Source: Chlorobiota bacterium
GTDB lineage: Bacteria; Bacteroidota; Ignavibacteria; OLB7
Assembly (NCBI GenBank): GCA_021296135.1
Contig: JAGWAZ010000018.1
Coordinates: forward strand, 31,808-95,807
DNA: 64,000 bases
Direction of reading: 5' to 3'
Every line of letters starts with the position of its first letter. The first letter of the stretch is position 1. This document shows positions 1 to 9,939 of this stretch, in pieces. Position numbers and translations under genes: made by a program. Under the pieces are notes generated by a model. The model saw only the letters and a program-made list of their open reading frames with translations, was not told where the DNA came from and made no database searches.

Positions 1-468
1 TTGCTTGCGATCAAGCTGACGCCAAACGTCACCAGTATCGGAGAGTTCGCTCATGTCTGTGAAGCTGAAGGGGCCGATGCGGTCTCCTGCATAAACACAT
101 TTGTTGGTATGGATATCTTCGTCGACTCGCGTCGACCAAAGATTGCAACGATTACGGGTGGATTCTCGGGCCCAGCCATTCTGCCTATGGCCCTGGCCAA
201 GGTTTACGAGGTACGGAAGGCGGTCAGTATCCCCATTATTGGAATTGGCGGGATTACCACGGCCGAAGATGCTCTCAAGTTCCTGATTGTCGGTGCATCC
301 CTGGTTCAGGTGGGAACAGCGCTCTTTATCGACCCTGGAGCCGGACCAACAATTGCCGAGGGGATTGTAGCTTACATGGAGCGAAATGGAATAACCTCGC
401 TGACCGAGTTGATCGGCTCGCTCGACACATCTCTTCAACCCTCGTTGATTGCTGCAGGGTGGGAGTAA
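1..468 (+). CDS. pyrD: Dihydroorotate dehydrogenase (family 1B), C-terminal part; truncated by window edge
   Basis: KLTPNVT, INT, GGFSGPAI, IIGIGGI and GASLVQVGTA motifs typical of DHOD family 1. Confidence 0.93.
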   Translation: MLAIKLTPNVTSIGEFAHVCEAEGADAVSCINTFVGMDIFVDSRRPKIATITGGFSGPAILPMALAKVYEVRKAVSIPIIGIGGITTAEDALKFLIVGASLVQVGTALFIDPGAGPTIAEGIVAYMERNGITSLTELIGSLDTSLQPSLIAAGWE

Positions 469-569
469 GTCAGGGAGCCGCAGCTCTTTAGCTTGCGGGA
501 AACGAGTTAGGGCAAATGCCAGTGAGCCGACAAACTACTATCGACTGACCACTATCAATTATCTATCCT

Positions 570-1028
570 CTACATCTTGAACGTTGCCATGAAAACGTCC
601 CGATCCCGATCTCCCTGAATTTCTTCTCCCGCCTCCTTTGCCTTTGCTTTGTACTCCTCAGCCTTCTCCTTGTTTCCGGAGGCATCGTATGCTCTGGCAG
701 CAGCGTCATAGATGAGGGCAACGTCCCAGTCTGTTAGTCCCTTTGGGTCGTCCTGCTGTACTCTTATTGTCAGATCAGAGTAGTGTAGAGCAGCCTTCCC
801 GTCCCCTTTCATTGCATAGACATATGTCAGGAGGTTGTATGCGCGAAGAGTGTTGATGGGAGCTCCAACTTCCTTCCAGTGAAGAAAGGCCGCATGGGCA
901 CGATGAATCATTTCCTCTGACTCAGCATCGGATCGATCGGACGTTTCGAGAAAATCCCACGTTGTATTGTTGTACTCGACCGCAAACCAGCGATGAGCCT
1001 GTTGAAGATCAAATGATGGCTCCCTCAT
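570..1028 (-). CDS. Hypothetical helical (TPR-like) protein
   Basis: 152-aa ORF, HRWFAVEYNN-x-TWD and HAAFLHW motifs, helical repeat pattern. Confidence 0.65.
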   Translation of the reverse strand: MREPSFDLQQAHRWFAVEYNNTTWDFLETSDRSDAESEEMIHRAHAAFLHWKEVGAPINTLRAYNLLTYVYAMKGDGKAALHYSDLTIRVQQDDPKGLTDWDVALIYDAAARAYDASGNKEKAEEYKAKAKEAGEEIQGDRDRDVFMATFKM

Positions 1029-1197
1029 GAATTATCTGAGTTTAATGTAAGAGTCAAAGGGTGCGTAGAGTGCGAGAGTCGAAGAATCAGAAAGTCACGC
1101 CAGACCAGTCTGCTATGCGCCACCAAGATACCGTTCATAGGGTTAGGTCGCAACCCAAAACTCTATGAAGGCTCAACTCTACGAACTCGTCAACCCT

Positions 1198-1788
1198 TTA
1201 TCCCTGTTCGTACGAAAATTTTGGTTGCCAGTCGCCCGGTCCGTTTGGAAGCATGTAGAAGAGATGCCAGAGACTGGAGTAAACATCACCTGGCCCAAAA
1301 AAGTCACGGGCCACGCGCGTGATGGTCCCATCCGCATCTTTTTTAAAGACCGAATATCCCGGGAGCTGATATGCCTCTCCTTCGTAGTCAACTTCGTACC
1401 CCATATCGCGCGAGAATGTGGAGCCCTCGGTCGATGCCATAGAAAACTTCCATCCCCGACTTGTTGAAAACTCCTGTTGAACCTCAGGAGAATTTGGCGA
1501 GACCACAACAAAGGCGGCGCGGTCAGCAAGGTGGTCGATTACACCGTTAAACCCATCAGCCCAAAGCGTACAGTAGGTACAACCCTTTCCCATGTTGTGA
1601 ATCAGGATCAGTTCCCCCTTGTCACCAAAGAGGTCCGAGAGCGCAGCTTCGGCGTTTTCATTTGTTTTGAACGTATAGTTCTCCACCGTTTCTCCTACAG
1701 AGCTCTTTAACAGCTCACGACGCTCATTCATCTTTGCCGTGATTTCGCTCTCAATCTGGGCAAGTTGTTCTTTGAGTTTTTCAGTCAT
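1198..1788 (-). CDS. DUF899 family thioredoxin-like protein
   Basis: LSDLFG-x-ELILIHNMG-x-C-x2-C-x-LWADGFNG motif. Confidence 0.85.
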   Translation of the reverse strand: MTEKLKEQLAQIESEITAKMNERRELLKSSVGETVENYTFKTNENAEAALSDLFGDKGELILIHNMGKGCTYCTLWADGFNGVIDHLADRAAFVVVSPNSPEVQQEFSTSRGWKFSMASTEGSTFSRDMGYEVDYEGEAYQLPGYSVFKKDADGTITRVARDFFGPGDVYSSLWHLFYMLPNGPGDWQPKFSYEQG

Positions 1789-1934
1789 GATTGGTTAGAT
1801 AGTAGTTAGTAGATAACAGACGTCAGACGTTATGCTGCGAAGGCTGATTATGACAAGCCCTCCGAAAGAAGATAAGCCGGATATACGTTGGGTGCGGACG
1901 CGCAATATCGGTCTCCAATGAACTGTGCCTTACG

Positions 1935-2378
1935 TTAAAACTGGTCCACAAGAATCGTATTCCCATCGGGATCTTTCAGGATCATATGTGCAGGGCCTTC
2001 GGTAGTCCCATCCGCTTCGGTAATAATCTCAACCCCTTTCTGTTTGAGAGATTTCTGAATCGATCGTACATCTTCAGGGTTAAACGTGAGAATGTTCTCT
2101 TCAAACATTCCCTGAAACAGGCCAATAATTGCCTTCCCATTCTTCAAAATCACCCAGTTCTGTTTGATTTCGCCACCAATAACTTCAAATCCAAGATTTT
2201 TATAAAAGCTGATAGAGGCGTTAATGTCTGATACGGCGAGACTGATGGAGAACGTTCCAAGGTTCATAGCAGATGTTTCGGTCTCTGGTTGATCAAGATT
2301 CTCCTGTGCGACAACGTTGTCATGAAGGAGCGTAAAGAAGAAAAATACACAGATTATGCGTAACAAAATAATAAACAT
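1935..2378 (-). CDS. VOC/glyoxalase family protein with possible N-terminal signal peptide
   Basis: [19 protein letters not shown] ... DPDGN-x-ILVDQ. Confidence 0.85.
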   Translation of the reverse strand: MFIILLRIICVFFFFTLLHDNVVAQENLDQPETETSAMNLGTFSISLAVSDINASISFYKNLGFEVIGGEIKQNWVILKNGKAIIGLFQGMFEENILTFNPEDVRSIQKSLKQKGVEIITEADGTTEGPAHMILKDPDGNTILVDQF

Positions 2379-2508
2379 AGCAGTGGCTTTGAAGTTGATG
2401 ACGAAATCGTTGATGTAAGCCGTTACTCACCAGCAGTCGCTATGGATTGACCAGCCTTGAACGACTATATTTTAGCCCATGAAATTCCTGAACTGACGCT
2501 CAGAAGGT

Positions 2509-2919
2509 TCAGGTTGTCTTGTGTTCTTCTATTAATGTTGCCAGCCACCATCTATTGTCAAACTGATCTTTAACTCCCGCCGCACGAACACCATATTCTT
2601 CATCGTGAGGCTCATATATTGAAGATGCTCCGGCTACAAGGGCTTGCTCATATCGTTTGTCGGTATCTTCATCGTAGATATAGAGCGTGGTAGGGCTGGG
2701 TCGATACTCGGAAGTAGCATCTGCCAACATGATCGTACTGTCGCCAATCACAACCTCGGCATGCATTATCTCGTTTTCAGATTCTGATCGTAGAACCTGG
2801 AATCGTTCCTCGGCATCAAAGACCTGCTTCATAAAGTTGATAAACTTCTCTGCTCCCTCAACAATCAGGTAGGGCATAACTGTTTGATGGCCTTCAGCAC
2901 TGTTTAATTCTGACTTCAT
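2509..2919 (-). CDS. VOC family protein (PhnB-like)
   Basis: PYLIV, IMHAEVVIGDSTIMLAD, YG-x-R-x-AGVKD-x-F-x-N-x-WW. Confidence 0.88.
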   Translation of the reverse strand: MKSELNSAEGHQTVMPYLIVEGAEKFINFMKQVFDAEERFQVLRSESENEIMHAEVVIGDSTIMLADATSEYRPSPTTLYIYDEDTDKRYEQALVAGASSIYEPHDEEYGVRAAGVKDQFDNRWWLATLIEEHKTT

Positions 2920-2967
2920 AGTTGCTTCACTTAGGCTGATACAAAATTATTTTATGTCGTTAAGCCA

Positions 2968-3420
2968 TTAATCATTCTTGGATTCTCTCTCAGCAAAATC
3001 CCTGAACTGATCCAACCATTTTTGAGTCTGTTTCCTAAACATTCCGGGCATGAAGAGAGCCATCATTTTCGGCACGAATCCGACAAACTTTGTGTATTCA
3101 AGCTCTGCATCATATCGAGTTTTGTTCGGTCCAAGAGGGGTAAAACTATTCTTGATCGTGTTGACCATATGTTTGTGCTCATAGGTTCCGCTAAACTCCT
3201 GAGGCAAGTTTTTAACCGTGATGGTTTCAATCAGCTCCATCTCACGCTTTCCTGCTTTATAGATCAACCTTGCTTTTGCTCCCGGCTCTCCAGGCGTTCC
3301 ACTCAGATGCTCGTAGCTGACAAAGCCGTCTTGCCATTCCTTCATGTTTTCAACGCTATCAAACAACCTGACGACATCGTCTACCGGCTTTTCGATTTCT
3401 ACTGTACAAGTAAATTTCAT
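2968..3420 (-). CDS. SRPBCC (START/polyketide cyclase-like) family protein
   Basis: VEIEKPVDDV-x-LFD, WQDGF, C-terminal helix QTQKWLDQFRDFAE. Confidence 0.82.
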   Translation of the reverse strand: MKFTCTVEIEKPVDDVVRLFDSVENMKEWQDGFVSYEHLSGTPGEPGAKARLIYKAGKREMELIETITVKNLPQEFSGTYEHKHMVNTIKNSFTPLGPNKTRYDAELEYTKFVGFVPKMMALFMPGMFRKQTQKWLDQFRDFAERESKND

Positions 3421-3531
3421 TTTCAGATTAATGCGTTTTAGAGTCTTGGTTACCTACTTGGACCTCTGTCAGGTCTGGAGATTCTCTGTTCTTTCCTTCG
3501 GGTTCAAAGTGTTTGACTGAGCTTTAATCTA

Positions 3532-3906
3532 TCAGTCGCTTACCAGCGCTAGCACCGCCCCTCCCGGATCGCGAATCGCACAGAACTTGCTACCACCCAT
3601 CATGCGTGGTCCGTCCAGCACCTCACCGCCATGCTCGCGGCACTTTGCAGCACTCTTCTCTACATCCTTGACATTGATGTATATCAGCCATTGCGCCGGA
3701 AGATTTGCGTTTGGACCTTTTGCGTGACAGATGCCGGCAATGGTCTTGCCATCATCTCCCTGCATGTCGTAATCGTGATACTCACCCATATCGTGCGGCG
3801 ATGCTTTCCAGCCGATGACTTCCGTATAAAACCTGCTGACTTCTTCAGCATTCTCTACGGTCAGATCCTGCCAGAGAATTGTTCCGAAAGATGTTGAAGT
3901 GCTCAT
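3532..3906 (-). CDS. VOC family protein
   Basis: W-x-DLTV-x-NA, FY-x-VIGW, WLIYINV-x-DV, IRDPGGAV. Confidence 0.88.
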   Translation of the reverse strand: MSTSTSFGTILWQDLTVENAEEVSRFYTEVIGWKASPHDMGEYHDYDMQGDDGKTIAGICHAKGPNANLPAQWLIYINVKDVEKSAAKCREHGGEVLDGPRMMGGSKFCAIRDPGGAVLALVSD

Positions 3907-3949
3907 GCCCTGGAAGTCGTTAATATCATGTGAATGGTTTTGCTACCGG

Positions 3950-4351
3950 TTACTCCGCTCCGAACGCTTCAAGGACATTTCCTGCCGGATCATAAAACTG
4001 GAACCAGTAGTGTCCTTCTCCTACTTTAACGGGGGCTGTATCAATGATCGTCACTCCCGCATCTTTCAGCTTGGCAAAGAACTCTGAGGTTGAAGCGACA
4101 GTCAGTGTAAACGTTGAGCGTACGGTCGATACGTCTGTCTGTCTAACCTCATGACCGCCCTGAAGGTAAAGGCCGTGTTCATCACCAATGCCAAAAAAGC
4201 AGGCCTGATCTCCCATATTATATTTCTTTTCAAGTCCGAGGAGATTAGTATAGAAGTCGTAGGCTTTGTCGAAGTCATCGACATAGGCCGAGACAAAGGC
4301 CAGACCAGTGATTAAAGCTTGATCCGTGTCTGTCGTTTGATGCTGTTTCAT
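3950..4351 (-). CDS. VOC family protein
   Basis: VDDFDKAYDFY-x-LLGL ... FYDPAGNVLE. Confidence 0.85.
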   Translation of the reverse strand: MKQHQTTDTDQALITGLAFVSAYVDDFDKAYDFYTNLLGLEKKYNMGDQACFFGIGDEHGLYLQGGHEVRQTDVSTVRSTFTLTVASTSEFFAKLKDAGVTIIDTAPVKVGEGHYWFQFYDPAGNVLEAFGAE

Positions 4352-4371
4352 AGTTCTTTGTGGTTGATCTT

Positions 4372-4746
4372 TTATCCACGTGAATGAAGCGCCAGTCGAT
4401 TTCCCTCAGAATCGAGGAACTGGGCAGAGCATCCAATCTCCTCCGAAATCAGTTCTTTCCGGCTGAGGATTTTTCCACCGGCTGGCTCTACACAATCAAG
4501 AATCGGTTGAAGATCTTCACCGGCATTCAAGTAGATAAGCACTCCATTTTCGGAGGGAATTGCGCCAGTATGTTCTTTAATTCCGCCACTAACTGAACTC
4601 TCATGATCGAAGAACGCATATTTGGTCTCTGGTGAGCCAAAATGATGCAGTTTCGTTTCGAGAATTGTCTCATAGAACTTCACGGCACGATCGAAGTCTC
4701 TGGCTGGGATTTCGAACCAGGTAATTACATCAGGCTTTTCGTTCAT
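4372..4746 (-). CDS. VOC family protein
   Basis: WFEIPA-x-DF-x-RA-x-FYE ... FLDSEGNRLALHS. Confidence 0.9.
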   Translation of the reverse strand: MNEKPDVITWFEIPARDFDRAVKFYETILETKLHHFGSPETKYAFFDHESSVSGGIKEHTGAIPSENGVLIYLNAGEDLQPILDCVEPAGGKILSRKELISEEIGCSAQFLDSEGNRLALHSRG

Positions 4747-4916
4747 GGTAGCACAAAATAAAAGAAGTGGCTAAGGCTAATGTTCAAAAGGCTATCTCGG
4801 TAACTATTCAGGCTGCATAATACAGAAGATCTTTTCCATCCGAAAACATTCTTGTAGAAGGCTGCTGCACGATCGGGATCTTCTGCGGTAAACTCAGAGT
4901 ATACTACGCGTGGCAT
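4743..4916 (-). pseudogene. Truncated VOC family gene (N-terminal ~28 codons only)
   Basis: Manual translation MPRVVYSEFTAEDPDRAAAFYKNVFGWK followed by non-homologous sequence; 57-aa ORF below the track cut-off; parallels the N-terminus of 5008..5373. Confidence 0.75.
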
Positions 4917-4955
4917 AATTGGTTTGTGGTTGATTAACGATGCAATCTATTGGAT

Positions 4956-4989
4956 AAAACGGGAGCGAAGCCTGGATGCTACGCTCCCG
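4956..4989 (-). terminator. Putative intrinsic terminator
   Basis: Inverted repeat CGGGAGCG-x-AGC / GCT-x-CGCTCCCG followed by TTTT on the minus strand, just downstream of 5008..5373. Confidence 0.55.
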
Positions 4990-5007
4990 GATGTCTCTGT
5001 AATGAAA

Positions 5008-5373
5008 TTATGAGACAGATGCATCTGCCTGCATGATGCCGAACATGTTTCCTTCAGGGTCGTTAGCATACGCGGTCCATCCTACACCAGGAATTGGCAT
5101 CTTAGGAATTATAATTGTGCCCCCCGCTGACTCGATTTTGGCGACAAAATCATCTACTGAATCAACATCAATGATATTGACAACTGAAGGAAAACCTTCC
5201 TGCTTCCTTGCGACACCACCGTTAATGCCCACCCCTTCTTCACCGGTCTTTACAAGCCAGTAGTCCATCGGTCCATCCCATTTGTGGGATTCCCATCCAA
5301 AGACGTTGTTATAGAATGACAAAAGATCGTCAGGTTTGTCAGCCATGATTTCAAAGTGAACGATTCTTGACAT
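5008..5373 (-). CDS. VOC family protein
   Basis: IVHFEI-x-AD, FY-x-VFGW, GINGG, KMPIPGVG, DPEGNMFGIMQ. Confidence 0.9.
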   Translation of the reverse strand: MSRIVHFEIMADKPDDLLSFYNNVFGWESHKWDGPMDYWLVKTGEEGVGINGGVARKQEGFPSVVNIIDVDSVDDFVAKIESAGGTIIIPKMPIPGVGWTAYANDPEGNMFGIMQADASVS

Positions 5374-5454
5374 GAGATACCTCCTTTCGCGATAGTTGAT
5401 TGATAGTATAGATTGATAGTATAGAATGAAAATAATGTCGGATTGTTTATGGTG

Positions 5455-5785
5455 CTACTCTATCCCGGATGTTTTGCATAACCGCAGTTGTTGAGAAGGG
5501 GATCCAGCAATTCGTTCTATAATTCCGCGAGTCTCCATATCGGGCTTGACAGTAGCGATGTACAAGGAAACCGAGCCCTTGAAAGGTGTTGTGAGCCTCT
5601 TTTCCACGGCAGCCGGCAGGTTCTTGAACTCAATCTCATCCTCTTCCGAAAGAACGTCAAGAATGGCTTGCTCGATCTGATGATACTTCTCCCTATTTAT
5701 GTTCACTCCCTCCTTGTTCGGTGTAGGTGTTTGCGCCTTGATCGACTGGGACGTTGAAGGTCGTCTGAGTACTAATTTTTGCCAT
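5455..5785 (-). CDS. DUF6958-like winged-helix protein; probable 1-nt frameshift just after the start codon
   Basis: EKYHQIEQAILDVL ... F-x-GSVS-x-Y-x-TVK-x-D-x-E-x-RG-x-IER; the nearest ATG (5785) is out of frame unless one A is removed from the A5 run at 5776-5780. Confidence 0.6.
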
Positions 5786-5812
5786 AACTGAACCGAATCG
5801 AAATTGAATGTT

Positions 5813-6247
5813 CTACTCCGCTTCAACCTCCTGTGTTTCACACTTGACCATCCATTTCATACCGAATTTGTCCGTCAGCATTCCGAATGTTGCACCCCAG
5901 AATGCAGGCTCAAACGGCATGGTTATCCTCCCACCTTCTGCAAGCTTTGAAAAGAATCTCTCCGCTTCCTTCAAATCACGTGAAGCTATTGAAATAGAGA
6001 CTGCGCTCCCCTGTTCGGCAGGGTGCCCGGGCATGGTATCCGAAGCCATAATGATTGCATCACCGAACTGGAGTGAAGCATACATGATTTTATCCTTGTG
6101 CTCATCCGGTATTTCCATTGGTCCATCTCCAAAAGCCTTAACGAACAATTCACCACCAAGCGCTTCGTGATAGAAGGTCATTGCCTCCTTACAGTTGCCG
6201 TTAAAGGCGAGGTACGGATTCACCGTCGGTTTTGCTGAGTTCTCCAT
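5813..6247 (-). CDS. VOC family protein (PhnB / 3-dmu-9_3-mt)
   Basis: PYLAFNGNCKEAM-x-FY, FWGATFGMLTDKFG-x-WM. Confidence 0.9.
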   Translation of the reverse strand: MENSAKPTVNPYLAFNGNCKEAMTFYHEALGGELFVKAFGDGPMEIPDEHKDKIMYASLQFGDAIIMASDTMPGHPAEQGSAVSISIASRDLKEAERFFSKLAEGGRITMPFEPAFWGATFGMLTDKFGMKWMVKCETQEVEAE

Positions 6248-6343
6248 GATTGGCTCCTGATTAATTGAGATATAACGTTGAGTAGTTTCGATACGAACAT
6301 CGTTGTCGATGTTGTCGATCTGTATATCAATTCCCTTCCCTCC

Positions 6344-9300
6344 TTATCTCTCTCCAAACATCTTCTCATCGATAAGCAGGGCATCTTTCCCTTTCTTCGT
6401 GCCGTTGTAGAACGTGATTGACTTCATGTCGGGTGTAGCTAATAGAATGCGAGAAGATTGTGAGAGATAACCGGAACCGACCGGGAATTCATGGCGACGG
6501 AGCTTCCCATCCTTGAACTCGATAACGGCATGCGTGTAGTGTTCATTTGGCTTCAGGCTGAGGATACGTCCATCGAAAGGACCATACTGGTGCTCGAAGA
6601 CCTGGGTTTTTGCATTGTTGTTCACCGCAATGAGATAAACAGTGCTATCTGAGTTGATGTCTACGAGCGCCAGGCTCCTTCCGTCCTGCGGAGCGAAAAA
6701 ACCGCTCTCTGTAACCGGGACAGCCGTAAATCCGCCGCGTCGGTTCCCTGCAAGATAGAGTCCAAACCCGGCATCATAACGGATAACTTCTCTGTCGGGA
6801 CCGTGAAAGTTCTCCAGCGCTAACACATCAAGGTTTCCATCGGCGTTGAAATCAAAGATAGTTGTTCCGAAGATAGGAGAAGCCTGGGCAAGAATCGGAA
6901 GGGGATGGAGCCGCATCGTTCCATCTCCAAGGTTTTCGATATAGGCACTGTACATCGTTGTTGCGTATCGCTGTTCGGCAGTTGCAAGAAGAGTCGGGTC
7001 AAAGACCTGATCGACAGTGGCAAGCGAGAATGGAACGTAGTCGACCCAATTCTTTTTGATATATGTGCCCATCTGAGTAGCAAGCGCATCCCTGTTGCGT
7101 GCCGGATACTCTTTCCCTTGAAAGTAGTACGTCATAACAAGATCACGACTTGAGTTGCGGTCGAAATCGTTGGCGTACAGCCTGATAGGATACTCCCGTG
7201 TCGGCTGGTATGTCTGACGCGTGTTCAGTCCGATGTTCCCAGCGATGTAATCCATGTCGCCGTCATTGTCGAAGTCACCGGCACTCAAGCTTTGCCACCA
7301 GCCGTTGATTGAATCGAGACCTGTTTCCGAGGTAACGTCAATCAGCTTTTTCCCCTTATCGTTACGAAAGAAATGGATGCCCATCCACTCACCGGTCAGG
7401 ATAAGATCTGGACGGTTGTCGTTATCGAAATCCGACCAGATAGCGGAAGTAACCATACCGGGTGAGACAAGTCCCGGCGCTACTTCCTCAGTAACATCGG
7501 TGAACATTCCTTTCTTGTTCGCAAGAAGGTAGCTGCGGGAAACATCAGGGTATTCACCTGGCGTACAACGTCCGGCGACAAAGAGATCGAGATCACCGTC
7601 ACCGTTATAGTCGCAGGCCACAACGCTCGATGTGCTTGAATACATTTCAGGAAGGCTATGCTCCGAGAGAGTGAAGAGCCCCGTCCCATCGTTCAGATAA
7701 AGGCGATCCTGCAGCAGACTGTCTCCCGGCTCGGTTTCGTTCCCTCCGCTTGCAACGTACAGGTCAAGGTCACCATCTCGATCAGCATCAAAGAAAATGC
7801 TTCCCATATCCTCCGAAGAGCGATCTGCGCTAAAGGCCTCAGCCTGGGGTGATAAAGCGAACAAACCCGGGGAGGTCTGCAGGTAAAGCTGTCCTGAGGA
7901 TTCCTTTGCTCCGCCAATCCAAACATCGTCAAGATCATTCCCGTCCACATCTCCAATCGCCAGGCCAGGCCCATTCCGCGAAAGAGCGTTCGGGAGAAGA
8001 CGCTCACGGTTAAAATCATCAAACCGGTTCTCCAAGTGCGCAAAGTCAATTCCAGTCTCCTCGAGTTCGGTAAACGTCTTTTTAGCGGTCGATTCTAACG
8101 GAGCAGCGCGAAGCGAAGCGATGTCGATACCATCGCTGGCATCCTTTTGCTCGAGGGTAACTACTCGGTTAGCCTCAATATGTTCAAGAACCTGAGCCGA
8201 TCCGTTGGGCCATGTCACCAGAAGTCTGTCGATTATCGACACATCTCCCAGTCCAAAATGGAGCTTGTTCTCAGTAGAAGAGAGATAACCACGAACCGGG
8301 TAGTGCTCCCGAATCTGTTGGTTTTCTCCGTACTGAATCTGCACGCGCGCGCCTATACCGAATCTGTTCATTCCCGTTCCTTTCAGATCTACCTGGAGCC
8401 AGTTCCCCTTGTTCAGTTCGCTGGCGTTGTTGCGATAGATCATTGCCACGGCGCTTGCCGCAGAGTCAGGACCGATATTGTTGACAATCAGATCGAGATC
8501 TCCATCATTATCGAGATCAGCGTATATAGCGCCGTTCGAGTTGACGTAATCGCCAAGGCCCCACTCTTTGCTGACTTTCTTGAACGTCAGATCGCCGTTG
8601 TTCTGGTAGGCATGGTTGTCGAGTTTGATTGAAGGGACCCGGAGAAGCACGCTGAGTGGGGCGTTGCGTGGGACCATTTTGATGACATCCCGATTGGCGA
8701 CATCCCGCATATAGCCGTTGGTGATGAAGAGGTCCTGATAACCGTCCAGGTCGTAATCGCCAAAGAGTACAGACCAACTCCAGTCGGTCTCGTCAACACC
8801 GGCAAGCTGGGCGACATCACTGAACATTCCGTTGCCACGGTTCAGATGAAGGTTGTTGCGCATCATCTGCGTTGAGTCAAAGAGTGGACTGAAAGAGTTT
8901 TGGCTCCCCATATGCGACATCTTTCGCCAATGGCTCTCGGGTAGCATATCGGCTGCCATAATATCGAGCAGCCCATCGTTGTTGAAATCCCCGATGTCCG
9001 ATCCCATACCAAACTCGGTTGTATGTTTCATCACATCCTTTGTTGCCTCACGAAACGTTCCATCTCCGTTGTTGTAGTAGAGCACGTCGCGCCAGACAAA
9101 GTCGTTGGTGATGTATATATCGGGATAACCATCATTGTTGACGTCGCCAACCGTCACGCTAAGGGCATAGCCCTCGTCGTGAATACCTGCCTCCTCAGTG
9201 ACATCGGTAAAGGTCCCATCACCATTATTACGGAAGAAATAGTCACTTATTCCCTTATTTGTATAGTCATTACCTGTTGCCACACCATTTACACCGATGT

Positions 9301-9859
9301 AGGCATCAAGATCTCCATCAAGATCGTAGTCCAGAAATGCCGTTTGTGTGCTACTACAGCAGTAATCGAGGCCATACTCTTTCCCACGTTCAGTAAACGT
9401 TCCATTCTTGTTGTTGATATAGAGAAGATTGGGATGATGTTGTTTGTTGACGTAAATGTCGAGCCACCCGTCACCGTTGATATCGATCATGGAAATGCCA
9501 TAACGAACGCCAACCGAATCGTCGACGCCTGCCTTTGCCGATACCTCCTCGAACTTCATGTTCCCCTTATTGATGTAGAGGCGATTTGGAGAATGTGCCT
9601 GGGTTCCGGAGAAATAGAGATCGATCAATCCGTCCTTGTTTATATCACCTGCGGCCACACCGCCACCGTTATAGGCATAGATAAAGACATTGATATTGAA
9701 CTCAGGTGTTTCCTGAACGTAGTTGGAGAAATCAATACCGGTCTCTTCAGGAGTGAGCCGAGTGAAGAGGGGTGGTTCACCCCCTTCCTGTGCAAGCATT
9801 AAAGTCGGCACACAGCCAAGTGAAAGGAGAAAACATATAGTAGCAATGATTTGCTTCAT
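6344..9859 (-). CDS. Secreted VCBS/FG-GAP repeat protein with ASPIC/UnbV domain (CRTAC1-like)
   Basis: Many D-x-N/D-x-DG-x-x-D repeats; GIGARV ... GYLSS ... LHFGLG ASPIC motif; signal peptide from MKQII (start moved from 9943). Confidence 0.9.
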   Translation of the reverse strand: MKQIIATICFLLSLGCVPTLMLAQEGGEPPLFTRLTPEETGIDFSNYVQETPEFNINVFIYAYNGGGVAAGDINKDGLIDLYFSGTQAHSPNRLYINKGNMKFEEVSAKAGVDDSVGVRYGISMIDINGDGWLDIYVNKQHHPNLLYINNKNGTFTERGKEYGLDYCCSSTQTAFLDYDLDGDLDAYIGVNGVATGNDYTNKGISDYFFRNNGDGTFTDVTEEAGIHDEGYALSVTVGDVNNDGYPDIYITNDFVWRDVLYYNNGDGTFREATKDVMKHTTEFGMGSDIGDFNNDGLLDIMAADMLPESHWRKMSHMGSQNSFSPLFDSTQMMRNNLHLNRGNGMFSDVAQLAGVDETDWSWSVLFGDYDLDGYQDLFITNGYMRDVANRDVIKMVPRNAPLSVLLRVPSIKLDNHAYQNNGDLTFKKVSKEWGLGDYVNSNGAIYADLDNDGDLDLIVNNIGPDSAASAVAMIYRNNASELNKGNWLQVDLKGTGMNRFGIGARVQIQYGENQQIREHYPVRGYLSSTENKLHFGLGDVSIIDRLLVTWPNGSAQVLEHIEANRVVTLEQKDASDGIDIASLRAAPLESTAKKTFTELEETGIDFAHLENRFDDFNRERLLPNALSRNGPGLAIGDVDGNDLDDVWIGGAKESSGQLYLQTSPGLFALSPQAEAFSADRSSEDMGSIFFDADRDGDLDLYVASGGNETEPGDSLLQDRLYLNDGTGLFTLSEHSLPEMYSSTSSVVACDYNGDGDLDLFVAGRCTPGEYPDVSRSYLLANKKGMFTDVTEEVAPGLVSPGMVTSAIWSDFDNDNRPDLILTGEWMGIHFFRNDKGKKLIDVTSETGLDSINGWWQSLSAGDFDNDGDMDYIAGNIGLNTRQTYQPTREYPIRLYANDFDRNSSRDLVMTYYFQGKEYPARNRDALATQMGTYIKKNWVDYVPFSLATVDQVFDPTLLATAEQRYATTMYSAYIENLGDGTMRLHPLPILAQASPIFGTTIFDFNADGNLDVLALENFHGPDREVIRYDAGFGLYLAGNRRGGFTAVPVTESGFFAPQDGRSLALVDINSDSTVYLIAVNNNAKTQVFEHQYGPFDGRILSLKPNEHYTHAVIEFKDGKLRRHEFPVGSGYLSQSSRILLATPDMKSITFYNGTKKGKDALLIDEKMFGER

Positions 9860-9939
9860 AACTATGGTTGTTGATATCTGTGTAATTTGTTCTGATTGCA
9901 AATCTACAAAGTCTCCCTCGTATGATACATAAGTCTTTT

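Noticed and set aside
469..6343. Integron cassette array explaining the small-gene cluster
   Set aside because: Spacers are short or overlapping and share no repeated attC-like palindromes; no integrase adjacent
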